DNA of 34,394 nucleotides from an uncultured Candidatus Saccharibacteria bacterium. GTDB lineage: Bacteria > Patescibacteriota > Dojkabacteria > GCA-002793355. A program made the position numbers and the translations under genes. Below the pieces are notes generated by a model. It worked only from the letters and a program-made list of their open reading frames with translations, was not told the origin of the DNA and did no database searches. This document shows, piece after piece, positions 34,096-34,394 of this stretch. The stretch is from positions 1 through 34,394 of the forward strand of contig CAZCKT010000001.1 of the NCBI GenBank assembly GCA_964499355.1. The letters run 5' to 3'. How positions within the stretch are numbered: position 1 is the first letter of the stretch; the number at the start of each line of letters is the position of its first letter.

Positions 34096-34394
34096 ATGGT
34101 TGAACGGACACTCTATGAAAAAAGAATTGCATCGTACATTTCTCGTGTTGCTCAAGCTCCTGCGAAAGAAGCACTTCTCTATCGAGTGATTTGTGCTCTC
34201 GATGATATTTGTTCTGGAACCAAAGGCGTAAGAAACACGAGACATAAATACTTGTCTGTTTTTGTTGCATATTATTACTCAATTCAACATGGTGATAGTG
34301 TCCTTGAATCAAAATTACAGAAAGTTATAGACGAAATACTTGAAACTGAATCTGCGTACCCTTTAATAAAAAGACATATTTCAATAAAGTTTAA
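34096..34394 (+). CDS. hypothetical protein, 5' part (runs off the window)
   Basis: Frame open from 34024 to the window end and absent from the ORF track because no stop is reached. Encodes MVERTLYEKRIASYISRVAQAPAKEALLYRVICALDD.. The leaderless-type promoter precedes ATG 34096. Its composition is more protein-like than the antisense ORF 34064..34312. Confidence 0.5.
   Translation, partial: MVERTLYEKRIASYISRVAQAPAKEALLYRVICALDDICSGTKGVRNTRHKYLSVFVAYYYSIQHGDSVLESKLQKVIDEILETESAYPLIKRHISIKF

Noticed and set aside
34064-34312. 82-aa minus-strand ORF at the right edge
   Set aside because: Its composition is His/Cys/Phe-rich and unprotein-like. The opposite strand has an open frame running to the window end, preceded by a TGCTACAAT leaderless-type promoter, which I prefer.
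1-34394. Alternative genetic code (UGA as sense, as in some reduced-genome lineages)
   Set aside because: TGA terminates well-defined genes at conserved protein C-termini. It forms ATGA stop/start overlaps at 6987, 22359, 27247, 30530 and 33109. The long housekeeping ORFs contain no internal in-frame TGA problem.
1-34394. CRISPR arrays, tandem repeats, IS elements
   Set aside because: Reading the intergenic regions, I saw no regularly spaced direct repeats, no terminal inverted repeats flanking an ORF, and no transposase-like protein in the ORF track.

Overview
AT-rich, densely packed bacterial chromosomal segment read with the standard code (TGA acts as stop in five ATGA stop/start overlaps). 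The divergent, small and compact proteins suggest a reduced-genome lineage such as Patescibacteria/CPR; that is an impression, not a test. Genes run on the + strand from 1 to about 14.76 kb: mnmA, a Tmk-like orphan, a CsoR-like repressor, dnaB, tRNA-Leu(CAA), an RluA-family pseudouridine synthase, ruvAB, a Xer-like tyrosine recombinase and several orphans. From about 14.85 kb to 34.03 kb genes run on the - strand: a GT2/FAD-oxidoreductase/GT4/GT4 glycosylation operon, a response regulator/adenylate-forming enzyme/histidine kinase operon, efp-epmA-DUF1846-DUF218-DUF368-FKBP-cysteine peptidase, gyrA and a 502-aa orphan. The two blocks converge on a strong hairpin terminator at about 14.8 kb. I found no rRNA, CRISPR array, transposase or phage genes. 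Items worth a second look: (1) a perfect 13-6-13 inverted repeat with dif-like architecture upstream of the only tyrosine recombinase and about 2.9 kb from the convergence point, next to a strong-SD 26-codon hydrophobic mini-ORF; (2) a recurrent -10 box (often TGCTATAAT) placed 5-6 nt before ATG starts, implying widespread leaderless mRNAs; (3) a CsoR/RcnR-family repressor with no Cys or His, with a perfect 16-bp operator in its own promoter; (4) a REC-SHOCT regulator, PaaK-like ligase and multi-TM histidine kinase that are translationally coupled; (5) efp-epmA with no epmB in view, followed by a truncated DUF1846; (6) GyrA with Gln at both quinolone-anchoring positions plus large insertions; (7) a GC-rich structured leader before a 116-aa orphan. 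All functional calls come from motif recognition by eye; no database search was run.
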